Assembly: GCA_002709695.1 (NCBI GenBank)
Contig: PAQF01000078.1
Location: 116,980-180,979 of the forward strand
Length of the DNA stretch: 64,000 nt
Direction of reading: 5' to 3'
Source: Candidatus Poribacteria bacterium
GTDB lineage: Bacteria; Poribacteria; WGA-4E; UBA9662
Position numbers and translations under genes: made by a program. Below, piece by piece: positions 1-9,270 of the stretch (the stretch's first letter is position 1; the number at the start of each line of letters is the position of its first letter). The notes below the pieces were generated by a model. The model was not told the origin of the DNA. It worked only from the letters and a program-made list of their open reading frames with translations, and ran no database searches.

Positions 1-708
1 TAAATGTTTTACGGTCATGTCATCCCTTGGTCTTAGCCATCGATAGCTATAACCGTAGAAAAGAACTTTTCGAGTAATATTTGAATAGTTTGGGCTTGCA
101 GAATGCCATAGACGACGATCAAAAAAGACCGCTGTTCCGGATGGTACACAGACAGTCAGGGCATTTTCTGGATCTAACGTCTTCTCTTGTGGCATTTTCA
201 ATTTGTTAGATTGGTGACTTCCCGGTACAACAGAAAAATTCCCGCACCCTGGTTGTGAGGTATCCGTCAAGAAGAAAGCCACTTTTAAAGATACCCGAGG
301 GCGGGGGTCACCTTGTAACTCTATGTTCAGGCGCCCACTATCTTGATGCCATCCAAGGCGCTTTTTTGGGAGTTCCTCATTTGCAGATTGAGGTGGTGTA
401 ATGACCATGTGTGAATGATAAAGTTGAATATTCCATCCAAGGATTCCCCACACTTTAGGAAAAGTTTTAGGCCAATCAAGCAATTCAAGAAAAAGTTCAT
501 CTTTACCAATAAAATCGAGCATATTTACTGTTCCATGTTTGGCAATACCATTTTTCTTACGGTACTGTGGAAGAAGTCGGTCAGCTGCGGAAATTAAGTT
601 TTCAACCAACTCCGGAGGTAACGCGTTTTTAATGATAAAAAAACCATCTTGTTCAAATTGCTGGTTTTCTTTTTTTGTTAAACAATAATTTAAACATTCA
701 GCATCCAT
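1..708 (-). CDS. Phytanoyl-CoA dioxygenase (PhyH) family protein, partial (C-terminus beyond window start)
   Basis: My own minus-strand translation from ATG at 708-706 (RBS GGAGAA upstream) gives 236 aa without a stop: MDAECLNYCLTKKENQQFEQDGFFIIKNALPPELVENL...WHQDSG...VVPGSHQSN...RRLWHSASPN. The HxD ... GSH ... distal His pattern is typical of PhyH-type Fe(II)/2OG dioxygenases. It is absent from the ORF track because it has no stop in the window. Confidence 0.75.
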   Translation of the reverse strand, partial: MDAECLNYCLTKKENQQFEQDGFFIIKNALPPELVENLISAADRLLPQYRKKNGIAKHGTVNMLDFIGKDELFLELLDWPKTFPKVWGILGWNIQLYHSHMVITPPQSANEELPKKRLGWHQDSGRLNIELQGDPRPRVSLKVAFFLTDTSQPGCGNFSVVPGSHQSNKLKMPQEKTLDPENALTVCVPSGTAVFFDRRLWHSASPNYSNITRKVLFYGYSYRWLRPRDDMTVKHL

Positions 709-726
709 GATTTTCTCCTTCTTGAA

Positions 727-1188
727 CTAGCAGCATAAAACCACAAAGGTCTCATGTTTAGTTGAGATTTTAAAATCAGAACGTAATTCTAGATTAATTG
801 TTTGGAGTTCATAGAAAAGCTCTGCGATAAATTCCATCTTGCGCCCCTCTGTGAATGCCATGACTGCGTATATAATACCTCGGTAGTGCCAATCTTCATT
901 TCCTGCTAGCACCAAACTTTTATCAACATTTTGAATAGTAAACCCTTCTTCATTTATCTGAGGAGTGATTCCCTATGGTATCTCAAATCCAAAGGATTCG
1001 ATATTATTGCTTTGACCAACATAAATATGTGTATCGGATATTCTTTGGTTGTCTGTTGTGATCGGGAGTTCCGTACCAGATATACTTTTAATTGTTTTTT
1101 TGAAGTATTTTTGAAGTTTCAATTGCTTGGTCCAAATCCTCCACACCACAATTTTTGCTTTAGAGTGTCCCGACTCTACGATTATCAT
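727..1188 (-). pseudogene. Hypothetical ~154-codon reading frame interrupted by a single in-frame TAG (at 973-975); unknown family
   Basis: Track ORFs 973..1188(-) and 727..915(-) are in the same frame (both low coordinates are 1 mod 3, and the 57 nt between them equal 19 sense codons). Translation across: ...NIESFGFEIP*GITPQINEEGFTIQNVDKSLVLAGNEDWHY... I recognise no family. Confidence 0.3.
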
Positions 1189-1459
1189 CGTTTTGATCGC
1201 TTAACTTAGTTTTCTTTGTCTTGCCTTTTAAGAATGTTGGATATGATTCCATACTATAGTAGTCTAAGATCTTCTGTCAAGTGGTCTGGGTTGAAAATAC
1301 AAAGTAAGTGAGGGGTGGTATACCTTTTTGGGTTTGGCTTGACAAACTAAAGTTTGGTGCTATAACATATCGGTTCACAAACAAATTCGATTGATTTACA
1401 GCCTTTACTGATAATTCAATACTTTTTAAGTTTATCTATGAATAATTAAAGTAAGGAAA

Positions 1460-1945
1460 ATGGAGCCGAAAGATATTTTTGCTGAACGTATAAGTGTAGA
1501 AGAAGTGGAAGAGGGAGACCAACTTGCGCCCAAATTCGACTCGGAAGGTTTGATTCCAGTTGTAACAACTGATTATAAAACTGGCGAGTTGCTGATGCAT
1601 GCTTACATGAATCAAGACGCGCTAGCCAAAACAATTGAAATTGGTGAAGCAGTTTACTGGAGCCGGAGCCGTCAATGCTTATGGCATAAAGGTGCTACAA
1701 GCGGATTGGTTCAGAAAATCCACGAGATTCGAGTTGATGATGATCAAGACTGCATCTGGTTGCGGGTGGATGTTATGGGAGGTGCAAGTTGCCATGTTGG
1801 CTATCGATCCTGCTTCTACCGAAGCATTCCCTTCAGTGAAGAAGCGGAAGGGAAATCGCCAATCACGTTAAACTTTGAGGATATGGAAAAAGTTTTTGAC
1901 CCCAAGAAAGTTTACGGTGATGCCCCGAATCCAACCAGATTATAA
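1460..1945 (+). CDS. hisI: Phosphoribosyl-AMP cyclohydrolase (HisI), monofunctional
   Basis: 161 aa. [53 protein letters not shown] matches the PRA-CH core. C-terminal Cys pair ([13 protein letters not shown]) is consistent with the Zn-binding type. AGGAAAATGG RBS context. Confidence 0.9.
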   Translation: MEPKDIFAERISVEEVEEGDQLAPKFDSEGLIPVVTTDYKTGELLMHAYMNQDALAKTIEIGEAVYWSRSRQCLWHKGATSGLVQKIHEIRVDDDQDCIWLRVDVMGGASCHVGYRSCFYRSIPFSEEAEGKSPITLNFEDMEKVFDPKKVYGDAPNPTRL

Positions 1946-1968
1946 CAACAACATGCAAGGGGGAGCTA

Positions 1969-2196
1969 ATGCCCAGATATGATTTTGAGTGTTCTGATTG
2001 TGATGTTGTATTCGAAGAGAAAGTTTCGTTGGCAGACTTAGAAAAAGCTGTTGAGTGTCCACTATGTGAAAGTCTAAACACCAAAAGAACTATTGGGATG
2101 CCAATGATCTTTAAAAAACAAAATAGTCAATCAAGCAACGTAGCCAGCCAAAACACAACTCGTGGGCGTCACCGCTCTAGCTGTCCTTGTTGTTAA
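1969..2196 (+). CDS. FmdB-family zinc-ribbon putative regulatory protein
   Basis: 75 aa. N-terminal MPRYDFECSDCDVVFEE...CPLCES (CxxC ... CxxC) is the FmdB/zinc-ribbon signature. C-terminal CPCC. Confidence 0.6.
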   Translation: MPRYDFECSDCDVVFEEKVSLADLEKAVECPLCESLNTKRTIGMPMIFKKQNSQSSNVASQNTTRGRHRSSCPCC

Positions 2197-2228
2197 TACT
2201 TAATTTTTAAGTTAGGATAAAATAGAAG

Positions 2229-3263
2229 ATGTTTGAAGTCTCAGACCCAAATTCCCCTATACCGATTACTATTCTAAGTGGATTTCTCGGTGCAGGAAAA
2301 ACTTCACTGCTCAACCATATATTACACGGAGATCATGGCCTCCGTGTTGGAGTCTTAGTTAATGATTTTGGTGAAATTAATATTGATGCGGAATTAGTTG
2401 CTGGTGTTTCTGGGGACTCAGTTAGTCTTTCAAACGGCTGTGTTTGCTGTTCGATTCGGGACGATCTAGTTGAATCAACTTTACAACTAGTCCAAGGGCC
2501 TAATAGACCTGAATATCTTATACTTGAAACAAGTGGGGTGGCAGATCCGGTCTCTGTTTCACTTACTTTTGTTGAAAGCGAATTGAAATCGCTAGTTGAA
2601 GTAGATAGTATATTAACTGTTGTGGATGCCGAGAATATACGAAGTTTGGATGGTGATTATGAGGAACTTGCTGAGGATCAAATTAGCTTGGCAGATATCG
2701 TAATTCTCAACAAAGTTGATCTCGCAAATCAACTTACTCTAAGTGAATTAAAATCATGGATTCATGGAATGGTTCCGAATGCTCGGATTATGGAAACAAC
2801 TCATGGGAAAGTTCCGCTTGAATTGATATTGGGTATAGGTCAATTTGAACCTGAGCGTGTTCTTGGGAAAACGCGCTCCGACATACACGTACATGCCGAA
2901 TCTGGTCATGATCATCACCAACATGACCACGAAGATAATGGCCATGATCATGATCATGATCATACATTGGTTTTTAGCACATGGAGTTATAGTTCTAGTG
3001 AACCGCATTCTTATAAGGCACTGCGTCAGGCTGTTGAGTCCTTACCTTCTACTATTTACCGAGTAAAGGGGATTGTATTTCTCAATGAATCTCCAGATCG
3101 GTGTGGTGTTATTCAGCTGGTAGGTAAGCGAACCCGTGTATCTGTTACCCAATCATGGGGTGACAAAACACCTTACACCCGAATTGTAGTGATCGGCACT
3201 CATGGGGGGGTCGATGCCAGCGAGCTCTCAGAACGTTTTGAATCTTGTCAAGTTAACGACTGA
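2229..3263 (+). CDS. COG0523 / CobW-family G3E GTPase (putative metal chaperone), His-rich linker
   Basis: Walker [19 protein letters not shown], CxCC motif (GCVCCS), His-rich [24 protein letters not shown], and CobW C-terminal domain ([10 protein letters not shown]...RIVVIGT). Confidence 0.85.
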   Translation: MFEVSDPNSPIPITILSGFLGAGKTSLLNHILHGDHGLRVGVLVNDFGEINIDAELVAGVSGDSVSLSNGCVCCSIRDDLVESTLQLVQGPNRPEYLILETSGVADPVSVSLTFVESELKSLVEVDSILTVVDAENIRSLDGDYEELAEDQISLADIVILNKVDLANQLTLSELKSWIHGMVPNARIMETTHGKVPLELILGIGQFEPERVLGKTRSDIHVHAESGHDHHQHDHEDNGHDHDHDHTLVFSTWSYSSSEPHSYKALRQAVESLPSTIYRVKGIVFLNESPDRCGVIQLVGKRTRVSVTQSWGDKTPYTRIVVIGTHGGVDASELSERFESCQVND

Positions 3264-3265
3264 AT

Positions 3266-4645
3266 TTGAAGCACAAAGCACAAATGGATATTGAGATGAA
3301 AAATCGAGTTCCAGTTACAGTGTTAACCGGTTTTTTGGGGGCTGGGAAGACGACCCTACTTAACCGTATTCTCAGTGAACATCATGGTAAACGTATTGCA
3401 GTTATCGAGAATGAATTTGGTGAAATAGGGGTTGATCACGAACTTGTGATTGGTACAGACGAAGAGATCTTCGAAATGAACAATGGTTGTATCTGTTGTA
3501 CTGTTCGTGGCGACCTAATCCGAATCCTAGGGAACCTAATGAAACGCCGGGATAAATTTGATTACATCTTGGTTGAAACAACAGGTTTAGCTGATCCTGG
3601 ACCAGTAGCACAAACTTTCTTTATGGATGCTGAGATGCAAAGCCAACTTGAATTAGATGGCATTGTTACTGTTGTTGATGCTAAACATATATGGCAACAT
3701 ATTGACGAAAGCAATGAGGCTAAGGAACAAATTGCCTTTGGTGACGTGATTTTGCTGAATAAAACAGATCTCGTAAGTCCAGAAGAACTCGGCAAACTCG
3801 AAAAACGCGTTCGTTCAATTAATGCTATGGCAAAGATTTACCAAACACAAAGCACATCTATTGAGATTAACAGGATTCTGAACATTGGAGGTTTCGATCT
3901 TGAACATGCTTTAGACATTGACCCTCACTTTTTAGAACCTGAGTACCCATTTAAATGGGTTGGGGTGTATCAACTTGAACCCGGAATGTATGAATTAACT
4001 AACCGTGAGAATCAGCAAATAATAACAAATGTTTGTATTCTAGATGCTACTGCTAAGTTTGATAAAAAAGAAATAGCGAACGAAACACTAGAAGAAGCTG
4101 TATTAGTATTTTCAGATGAAGAAAAAACAATTGATGGCCAATCAACTGTAACAATAGGGAAGGTCTTGAATCAATTGTCGTTTTCTGACGATATTACGTC
4201 CCAATGTTACTACGTGGAGATAAAAGAGACAGGATGTTACATGCTTTTTACTGAGCATCATCCACATGATTTTGACTTGGGATTGTATGATGGTAAGGGG
4301 AAAATCGATCCTGTTTATGATTATGAATATGGACACCACCATGAACATGATGATGATGTTACATCTGTTGGTGTAAGAATCGAAGGCGACCTAGATCCAA
4401 ATCGATTCAATGAATGGATTGGACATCTCCTTCAAACAAGAGGTCCCGATATCTTCCGTATGAAAGGAATTCTTAGTTTCATTGGCGTTCCAAACCGACA
4501 CGTTTTTCAAGGTATTCATATGCTCTTTGATAGCGAACCGGATAAGCTTTGGGAAGGCGAGATACGCCAAAATGAAATGATTTTTATTGGGCGCCATTTG
4601 GATCAAAAAGAGTTAGTTGAAGGGTTCAAATCGTGCCTCGTGTAA
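3266..4645 (+). CDS. COG0523 / CobW-family G3E GTPase paralog with ~150-aa insertion and His/Asp-rich segment
   Basis: [25 protein letters not shown], insertion between GTPase and CobW_C domains, [13 protein letters not shown]-terminal FRMKGILSF...MIFIGRHLD. Starts 3 nt after the previous paralog. Confidence 0.85.
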   Translation: MKHKAQMDIEMKNRVPVTVLTGFLGAGKTTLLNRILSEHHGKRIAVIENEFGEIGVDHELVIGTDEEIFEMNNGCICCTVRGDLIRILGNLMKRRDKFDYILVETTGLADPGPVAQTFFMDAEMQSQLELDGIVTVVDAKHIWQHIDESNEAKEQIAFGDVILLNKTDLVSPEELGKLEKRVRSINAMAKIYQTQSTSIEINRILNIGGFDLEHALDIDPHFLEPEYPFKWVGVYQLEPGMYELTNRENQQIITNVCILDATAKFDKKEIANETLEEAVLVFSDEEKTIDGQSTVTIGKVLNQLSFSDDITSQCYYVEIKETGCYMLFTEHHPHDFDLGLYDGKGKIDPVYDYEYGHHHEHDDDVTSVGVRIEGDLDPNRFNEWIGHLLQTRGPDIFRMKGILSFIGVPNRHVFQGIHMLFDSEPDKLWEGEIRQNEMIFIGRHLDQKELVEGFKSCLV

Positions 4646-5685
4646 GTAGAAAAAAAAGGACTATAAGTCTGTGCGAGAACTGGCGAAGTATGATTAGTGA
4701 CCATGTAATTGATCTCTGTTGGTCTCCTCGAAAGGAGAAAATTGCAGCGGCCGCAGTCAGTGGACCTATTACTATTTTTAACGCTGAAACTGGTGATGTT
4801 GATCACGCGTTGGAAGGACATGGTTTTGGAACTATGTCTATAGCATGGCATCCGGAGGAGGACATGCTCGCAACTGCAGGCCAAGATGGGAAAGCGAAGT
4901 TGTGGTCTACAGAATCAGGAAATTTGCTCATGGAACTAGAATGTGGTGCGTCTTGGGTTGAGCATGTTTCTTGGAGCACTGATTCTACAAAAGACCGGAT
5001 TCTGGCGACTAGCGCCGGGAAAAAAATAAAATTCTGGTCTGCAAACGGTAACCTAATAGGGGAGGCCTCGGATCAGCAAAACACAATTTCTGATATCCAA
5101 TGGAATCCGGAAGAAAACATACTCGCCTCAATTTCCTATGGTGGGATAAAGCTATGGTCTCCTGATATTTCAAACGAACTCCGCATTTTTGATTGGCAAG
5201 GATCCGCATTGAAGATTCACTGGAGCCCTGATACCCGTTTCATAGCTACTGGAGACCAAGACTCAACGGTACATTTCTGGTTTGTGGAAACTGGACAGGA
5301 TCTCCAAATGTCTGGTTATCCAACTAAGATTCGTGAACTCTCTTGGGATAAGAGTAGCCGATATTTGGCTACGGGGGGTGGTTCACAAATAGTCATTTGG
5401 GATTGTTCCGGAAAAGGGCCGGAAGGGCGGAGACCAATTATGTTGGATGAGCATAAGGATTTTCTCGTAGATATAGCTTTTCAGCATCACGGAGATCTTT
5501 TAGCTTCAGCAGGTCTTGATGGCTTACTGGTAATTTGGGAACCCTTCACCGGCCGCAAACGGAAGCAACCGAAAGCTAGGATTGGTTTTGATCAAAGTCT
5601 TACAAAAGTAGCATGGTCCCTTGATGATACCAAGGTTTTAGTCGGTGATGATTCGGGGATTATCGCAGTTTTTACGCTTGGCTGA
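4633..5685 (+). CDS. WD40-repeat (beta-propeller) protein
   Basis: Repeated ...GH...V..WS...LA(T/S)...DG...W modules ([39 protein letters not shown]). The annotated start overlaps the COG0523 stop by 13 nt. An alternative Met at ~4690 is possible. Confidence 0.7.
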   Translation: MPRVSRKKRTISLCENWRSMISDHVIDLCWSPRKEKIAAAAVSGPITIFNAETGDVDHALEGHGFGTMSIAWHPEEDMLATAGQDGKAKLWSTESGNLLMELECGASWVEHVSWSTDSTKDRILATSAGKKIKFWSANGNLIGEASDQQNTISDIQWNPEENILASISYGGIKLWSPDISNELRIFDWQGSALKIHWSPDTRFIATGDQDSTVHFWFVETGQDLQMSGYPTKIRELSWDKSSRYLATGGGSQIVIWDCSGKGPEGRRPIMLDEHKDFLVDIAFQHHGDLLASAGLDGLLVIWEPFTGRKRKQPKARIGFDQSLTKVAWSLDDTKVLVGDDSGIIAVFTLG

Positions 5686-5807
5686 AAAACTGAGGCAGGA
5701 TCTTAGGTAGTTAAGATGCGTCGTTCGGCGACTCTCCTTAATTACCTTGAAAAATTAATGTCAATAAGATTCAATTATCAATCTGGTAGTATATCCTGAT
5801 TAAAACT

Positions 5808-6695
5808 TTAATCTACTGGTCGAAGCTCGGATGATAATTTCTGAAAACTGTTGATTAGGTCAGTAAGTTTACGTTGTTGGGCATTCACTTTTTGCTGGAT
5901 ACTTTTAACAAGATTGGCGATTGGGTCACTGTCTTTACTGCCTTTCTCTCGGGCCTTATGAATTTCTTGTTTAAGTTTGTAGATTTCACCTGATTTGATA
6001 CGATTGATTTCCACGTGCAAGTCTGAAAATGAGCCCTTTGCGCATTCAAGTTGTTGTGCTAGGTGCTTTTTCTTCTCCGCGAAAGTTTGGTCATGCAACT
6101 CGATTTCGTCGGCTGTTTCCACACTTATACGTTTAAGTGTATCGATATCTTGATCTTCATAGGCTCGGTTGATGACTACCATCATCTGTTTTTGCCGTTC
6201 ATAGCCCTCTTTACCTTCAGCTGATTTATCTGGATGATAAGCTTTAGCAAGTTCGAGATATAGTTTTCGTACGTGCTTCGTTTGCGAGGTTGAAAGTTTA
6301 TTTTTGTTGTTATTCTCTTCGATTTCTTTTTCCTGCTTTGTTGCGTCTTTTTCGTGATTTTCTAAGCGTTGCCGTTGCGACTTAAAACAGGATGCAACAC
6401 GTTCCTCGATTTTTGCTTGGGATACACCTTCTCGAACCAACAGTAGACGTAGCTTATACTCTCTCATTGATAAATTTACCTTATCAAGCTCGATATATGT
6501 CCCTGCCACGCGGAGATCATATGCTTTTTGGAAGTGGCGAACTTCAAGTTTTAAATCTTCAAGATCAAGCGTCATTTCTGCAACTTGGTGACGTGTCAAT
6601 TGAAGCTCAAGTTGTAGCTCTTCAATTTCAATCTGGTCGCGGTTTTTGGTGGGAACGATAGCAGCGCTAGGCATTTCCGATCCTGAACCAGTCAC
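5808..6695 (-). CDS. J-domain (DnaJ-like) protein with flanking coiled coils
   Basis: Central J-domain KLYLELAKAYHPDKSAEGKEGYERQKQMMVVINRAYE with the HPD motif; heptad-rich flanks. The GTG at 6695 overlaps the infA stop (TAGTG). An alternative ATG at 6674 has an AGGA RBS. Confidence 0.6.
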   Translation of the reverse strand: MTGSGSEMPSAAIVPTKNRDQIEIEELQLELQLTRHQVAEMTLDLEDLKLEVRHFQKAYDLRVAGTYIELDKVNLSMREYKLRLLLVREGVSQAKIEERVASCFKSQRQRLENHEKDATKQEKEIEENNNKNKLSTSQTKHVRKLYLELAKAYHPDKSAEGKEGYERQKQMMVVINRAYEDQDIDTLKRISVETADEIELHDQTFAEKKKHLAQQLECAKGSFSDLHVEINRIKSGEIYKLKQEIHKAREKGSKDSDPIANLVKSIQQKVNAQQRKLTDLINSFQKLSSELRPVD

Positions 6696-7063
6696 TATTT
6701 TCTTCGATAAATAATGCGTCCACGAGTCAAATCGTAAGGTGATAGTTCAACTGTAACGCTATCACCCGGTAAAATGCGGATAAAATGCTTACGCATGCGG
6801 CCACAGATATGTGCTAATACTTCATGCTTGTTCTCAAGTTCGACCCGAAAAGTAGCATTCGGTAAGGGTTCTGTAACTGTTCCCTCTACCTCTATTTTAT
6901 TCTGTTTTGATTTTTGGCTTTGTTCGTTTTCACTTGTGACCTGCTCCGGTGTATTGGTTGCAGCTACTGTAGTTTTGGGCTTTTTCTTTTTTCTTCTGCG
7001 GTTGTTATTATGTGGTTGAAAACCACCTGTTTTCTTTTTGAATGGTCTTTTTTTCCTGCTCAA
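6695..7063 (-). CDS. infA: Translation initiation factor IF-1 with ~55-aa Lys/Arg-rich N-terminal extension
   Basis: C-terminal 70 aa [66 protein letters not shown] is canonical IF-1. The only in-frame start upstream of the core is TTG at 7063 (AAGGAG RBS 7 nt upstream). There is no ATG, GTG or TTG between it and the core. Confidence 0.85.
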   Translation of the reverse strand: MSRKKRPFKKKTGGFQPHNNNRRRKKKKPKTTVAATNTPEQVTSENEQSQKSKQNKIEVEGTVTEPLPNATFRVELENKHEVLAHICGRMRKHFIRILPGDSVTVELSPYDLTRGRIIYRRK

Positions 7064-7917
7064 TTTTTTCTCCTTGTGCCTGTTACATTTGATTGATTTT
7101 TTTGTTTTGTGTCAATGCGAAATGAGTTTCCTTGCGCGGTGACAATTTCTCGGAAATAATTTACAGATTCTTGCAGTAGTAGCTCCACGTCATCTTGGCT
7201 TGAACTCGTTGTTATGATATCAATAGGCATTCCTCTATCTGTTTCACGTAGTGCTACATATGCTTTGACATAAACATTAGGGAATTTCTCCATTACCTGC
7301 TGCATCAATGGAGATACGCCTGATTCATGTAAGTCAACATATATGCGGATAGATGATCCTGCAGCACTAAACCTCTTTGATATTATTGGGGCAATATGGT
7401 TTTCAAAAACTGCCTGCATTTCACGTGGTGGGCCTGGCATCATTACAAGAGTAGATTGTTTCACTTCAACAGAGATACAAGGAGCCCATCCAACGGGGTT
7501 TTGGAATACCACAGCTGTTTCTGGCACCGTAGCCATTTTGACCAGTGCTTCACCAACTTCGGAGCGATCGCGAAGTTGGCGCCTCTCCATGTAGTTCTGT
7601 ACAGTGTTTTGGTCAACCACTAGATCTTTTCCAATAATTTCAGCAATCATTTCTACTGTCATATCGTCTGGTGTTGGTCCAAGACCTCCAGTGGTGATAA
7701 CTAATCCTGTTTGACGGTGTTCGATTGAATCTTGGATAGCCTCCTTCATTTCATCAAAATCATCACGAATCATAGAAATCCTGCGTATCGTCCCACCAAG
7801 TTGAAAAGTTTGTTGGGCAATCCAGTGTGCATTTGTATCTTGAATTTGTCCCAGAGTTAACTCAGTACCGATTGAGAACAACTCTATTACTGGTTCAGAT
7901 TCCAAATTGGATTCCAT
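7060..7917 (-). CDS. CinA-family protein (N-terminal MoCF-binding domain; no C-terminal PncC/CinA deamidase domain)
   Basis: [27 protein letters not shown]...[30 protein letters not shown] matches the CinA N-terminal molybdopterin-binding fold. At 285 aa it is shorter than full-length CinA. Confidence 0.75.
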   Translation of the reverse strand: MESNLESEPVIELFSIGTELTLGQIQDTNAHWIAQQTFQLGGTIRRISMIRDDFDEMKEAIQDSIEHRQTGLVITTGGLGPTPDDMTVEMIAEIIGKDLVVDQNTVQNYMERRQLRDRSEVGEALVKMATVPETAVVFQNPVGWAPCISVEVKQSTLVMMPGPPREMQAVFENHIAPIISKRFSAAGSSIRIYVDLHESGVSPLMQQVMEKFPNVYVKAYVALRETDRGMPIDIITTSSSQDDVELLLQESVNYFREIVTAQGNSFRIDTKQKNQSNVTGTRRKN

Positions 7918-9242
7918 TACGCTTTTGTGTCGGTAATAATCTGGCTATTCAACAAATTGAAAGTTATTCCTGTAGCCAATTTCGGATAAAAAAAGGTTGA
8001 CTTTTGCGGCATTGTTTTACCGTCCAAAGCAACTTCGTTGACATGATTAACGGACGTTGGATTCATTAAAAACGCGATTTGATAATCACCTGATCTAACC
8101 ATTTCGATTGTTTGGTCAGTGTTAGCTTTGTAGCTAATTTTTTCCTGATCTTTGGGGATTGTAACATCCACACCGAAAAATTTATTGATGATTTGGTCAT
8201 GTAGTATTTTAACATCAAGCTGATCAAGACGGGGGGCATTTGGATTTGATGGTGGTGCGATAACCAAGTGATAGTTTTGATTACCTGTGTAAACACCGAA
8301 AGCCGGTTGCTTATCAGAGAATTTTTCTAACTCTTCTCTTAGTTGGCTAAGGTTGTTATACTTAGTAATTTCAAAATGATCAGTTAATCTTCTGAGGGCT
8401 TCCGACACAAAATCCGGATCAAGTTGATATAGAAGTCGATTAATTGGTAATACTGCTAAACCTTTTGATTCCATACGTACCAAATTCATCATAACATAGT
8501 TATGGCCTTCAGAACCGTTCCATGTCTTCGATTTTTTTTCGATTTGTGCTTGATTTTCATTACGAAAAGCCAGCGACGTTTCGTACCGATGATGCCCATC
8601 AGCAATCAACAACGTTTTGGAAGCAAAAGCTGCCTTGATCCGCCCATTAATTTCGTCATTTTGGATCCTCCACATACGATGTGTTGATCCGAATTTTTCA
8701 GTGGTATCAATTAGAGGAAGGTTTAAAGCTGTATAATTTTGCATTTCATCTTCAATAATTCCTTCTAGATCAGAATATAAAAGAAAAATCGGGCTTAAAT
8801 TTGCATGGGTTCGGCGCATCAAATTGAGTCGGTCTAATTTGGGGGCAGCGAGCGTTTTTTCATGTGGGAGAATCACTCGCTTGTTAAATTCTTCCAACTT
8901 TCCAATAGCAATTAATGCTCTTCTTGTATAAGCTTTGCCTTCTGGGGTGTCGAAAGACTGGTCATAAACGTAGTAGCAAGGGGATGGATCTTTTATGAGG
9001 ATACCGTTACTAATCCAAGATTGCATCTGTTCTGCAGCACGCGTATATTGATTTTCTGTTTCTGTGTCTTGATCAGTAGGTTGGTTTAGGATGAGACGAA
9101 CGATGTTATGCTGATTCTGTTCTTGGAGTTGGATCCTATCTTCAACATTAATTACATCATAGGGAGGGGCAATAACTTCTGAAATATCATTGATTTTCTC
9201 TGGATTGTATCGTAATCCGCAAAATGGTACAACTTCTGCCAT
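7917..9242 (-). CDS. DUF1015-family protein
   Basis: N-terminus MAEVVPFCGLRYNPEK...VIAPPYDVI resembles the conserved DUF1015 N-terminal signature. 441 aa. Overlaps the CinA start by 1 nt. Confidence 0.6.
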   Translation of the reverse strand: MAEVVPFCGLRYNPEKINDISEVIAPPYDVINVEDRIQLQEQNQHNIVRLILNQPTDQDTETENQYTRAAEQMQSWISNGILIKDPSPCYYVYDQSFDTPEGKAYTRRALIAIGKLEEFNKRVILPHEKTLAAPKLDRLNLMRRTHANLSPIFLLYSDLEGIIEDEMQNYTALNLPLIDTTEKFGSTHRMWRIQNDEINGRIKAAFASKTLLIADGHHRYETSLAFRNENQAQIEKKSKTWNGSEGHNYVMMNLVRMESKGLAVLPINRLLYQLDPDFVSEALRRLTDHFEITKYNNLSQLREELEKFSDKQPAFGVYTGNQNYHLVIAPPSNPNAPRLDQLDVKILHDQIINKFFGVDVTIPKDQEKISYKANTDQTIEMVRSGDYQIAFLMNPTSVNHVNEVALDGKTMPQKSTFFYPKLATGITFNLLNSQIITDTKA

Positions 9243-9270
9243 AAAGTACTTTCTCTTAATTTAACTATGT

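Noticed and set aside
2754-3066. Antisense and overlapping ORFs 2754-3008 (-) and 2845-3066 (+) rich in M/I/H
   Set aside because: They are artefacts of the GATCAT/CATGAT codon repeat inside the COG0523 gene. The sense frame has a clear domain structure.
5686-5807. Possible hairpin GTCG-TTCGG-CGAC in the convergent gap between the WD40 and J-domain genes
   Set aside because: The stem is only 4 bp with no T-tract, too weak to call a terminator.
6695-7063. Possibility that the IF-1 N-terminal extension is an ORF-caller artefact
   Set aside because: I checked the frame codon by codon. No ATG, GTG or TTG exists between the TTG at 7063 and the IF-1 core, and the TTG has a good AAGGAG RBS, so the extension is likely real. 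This is kept as a finding rather than dismissed.
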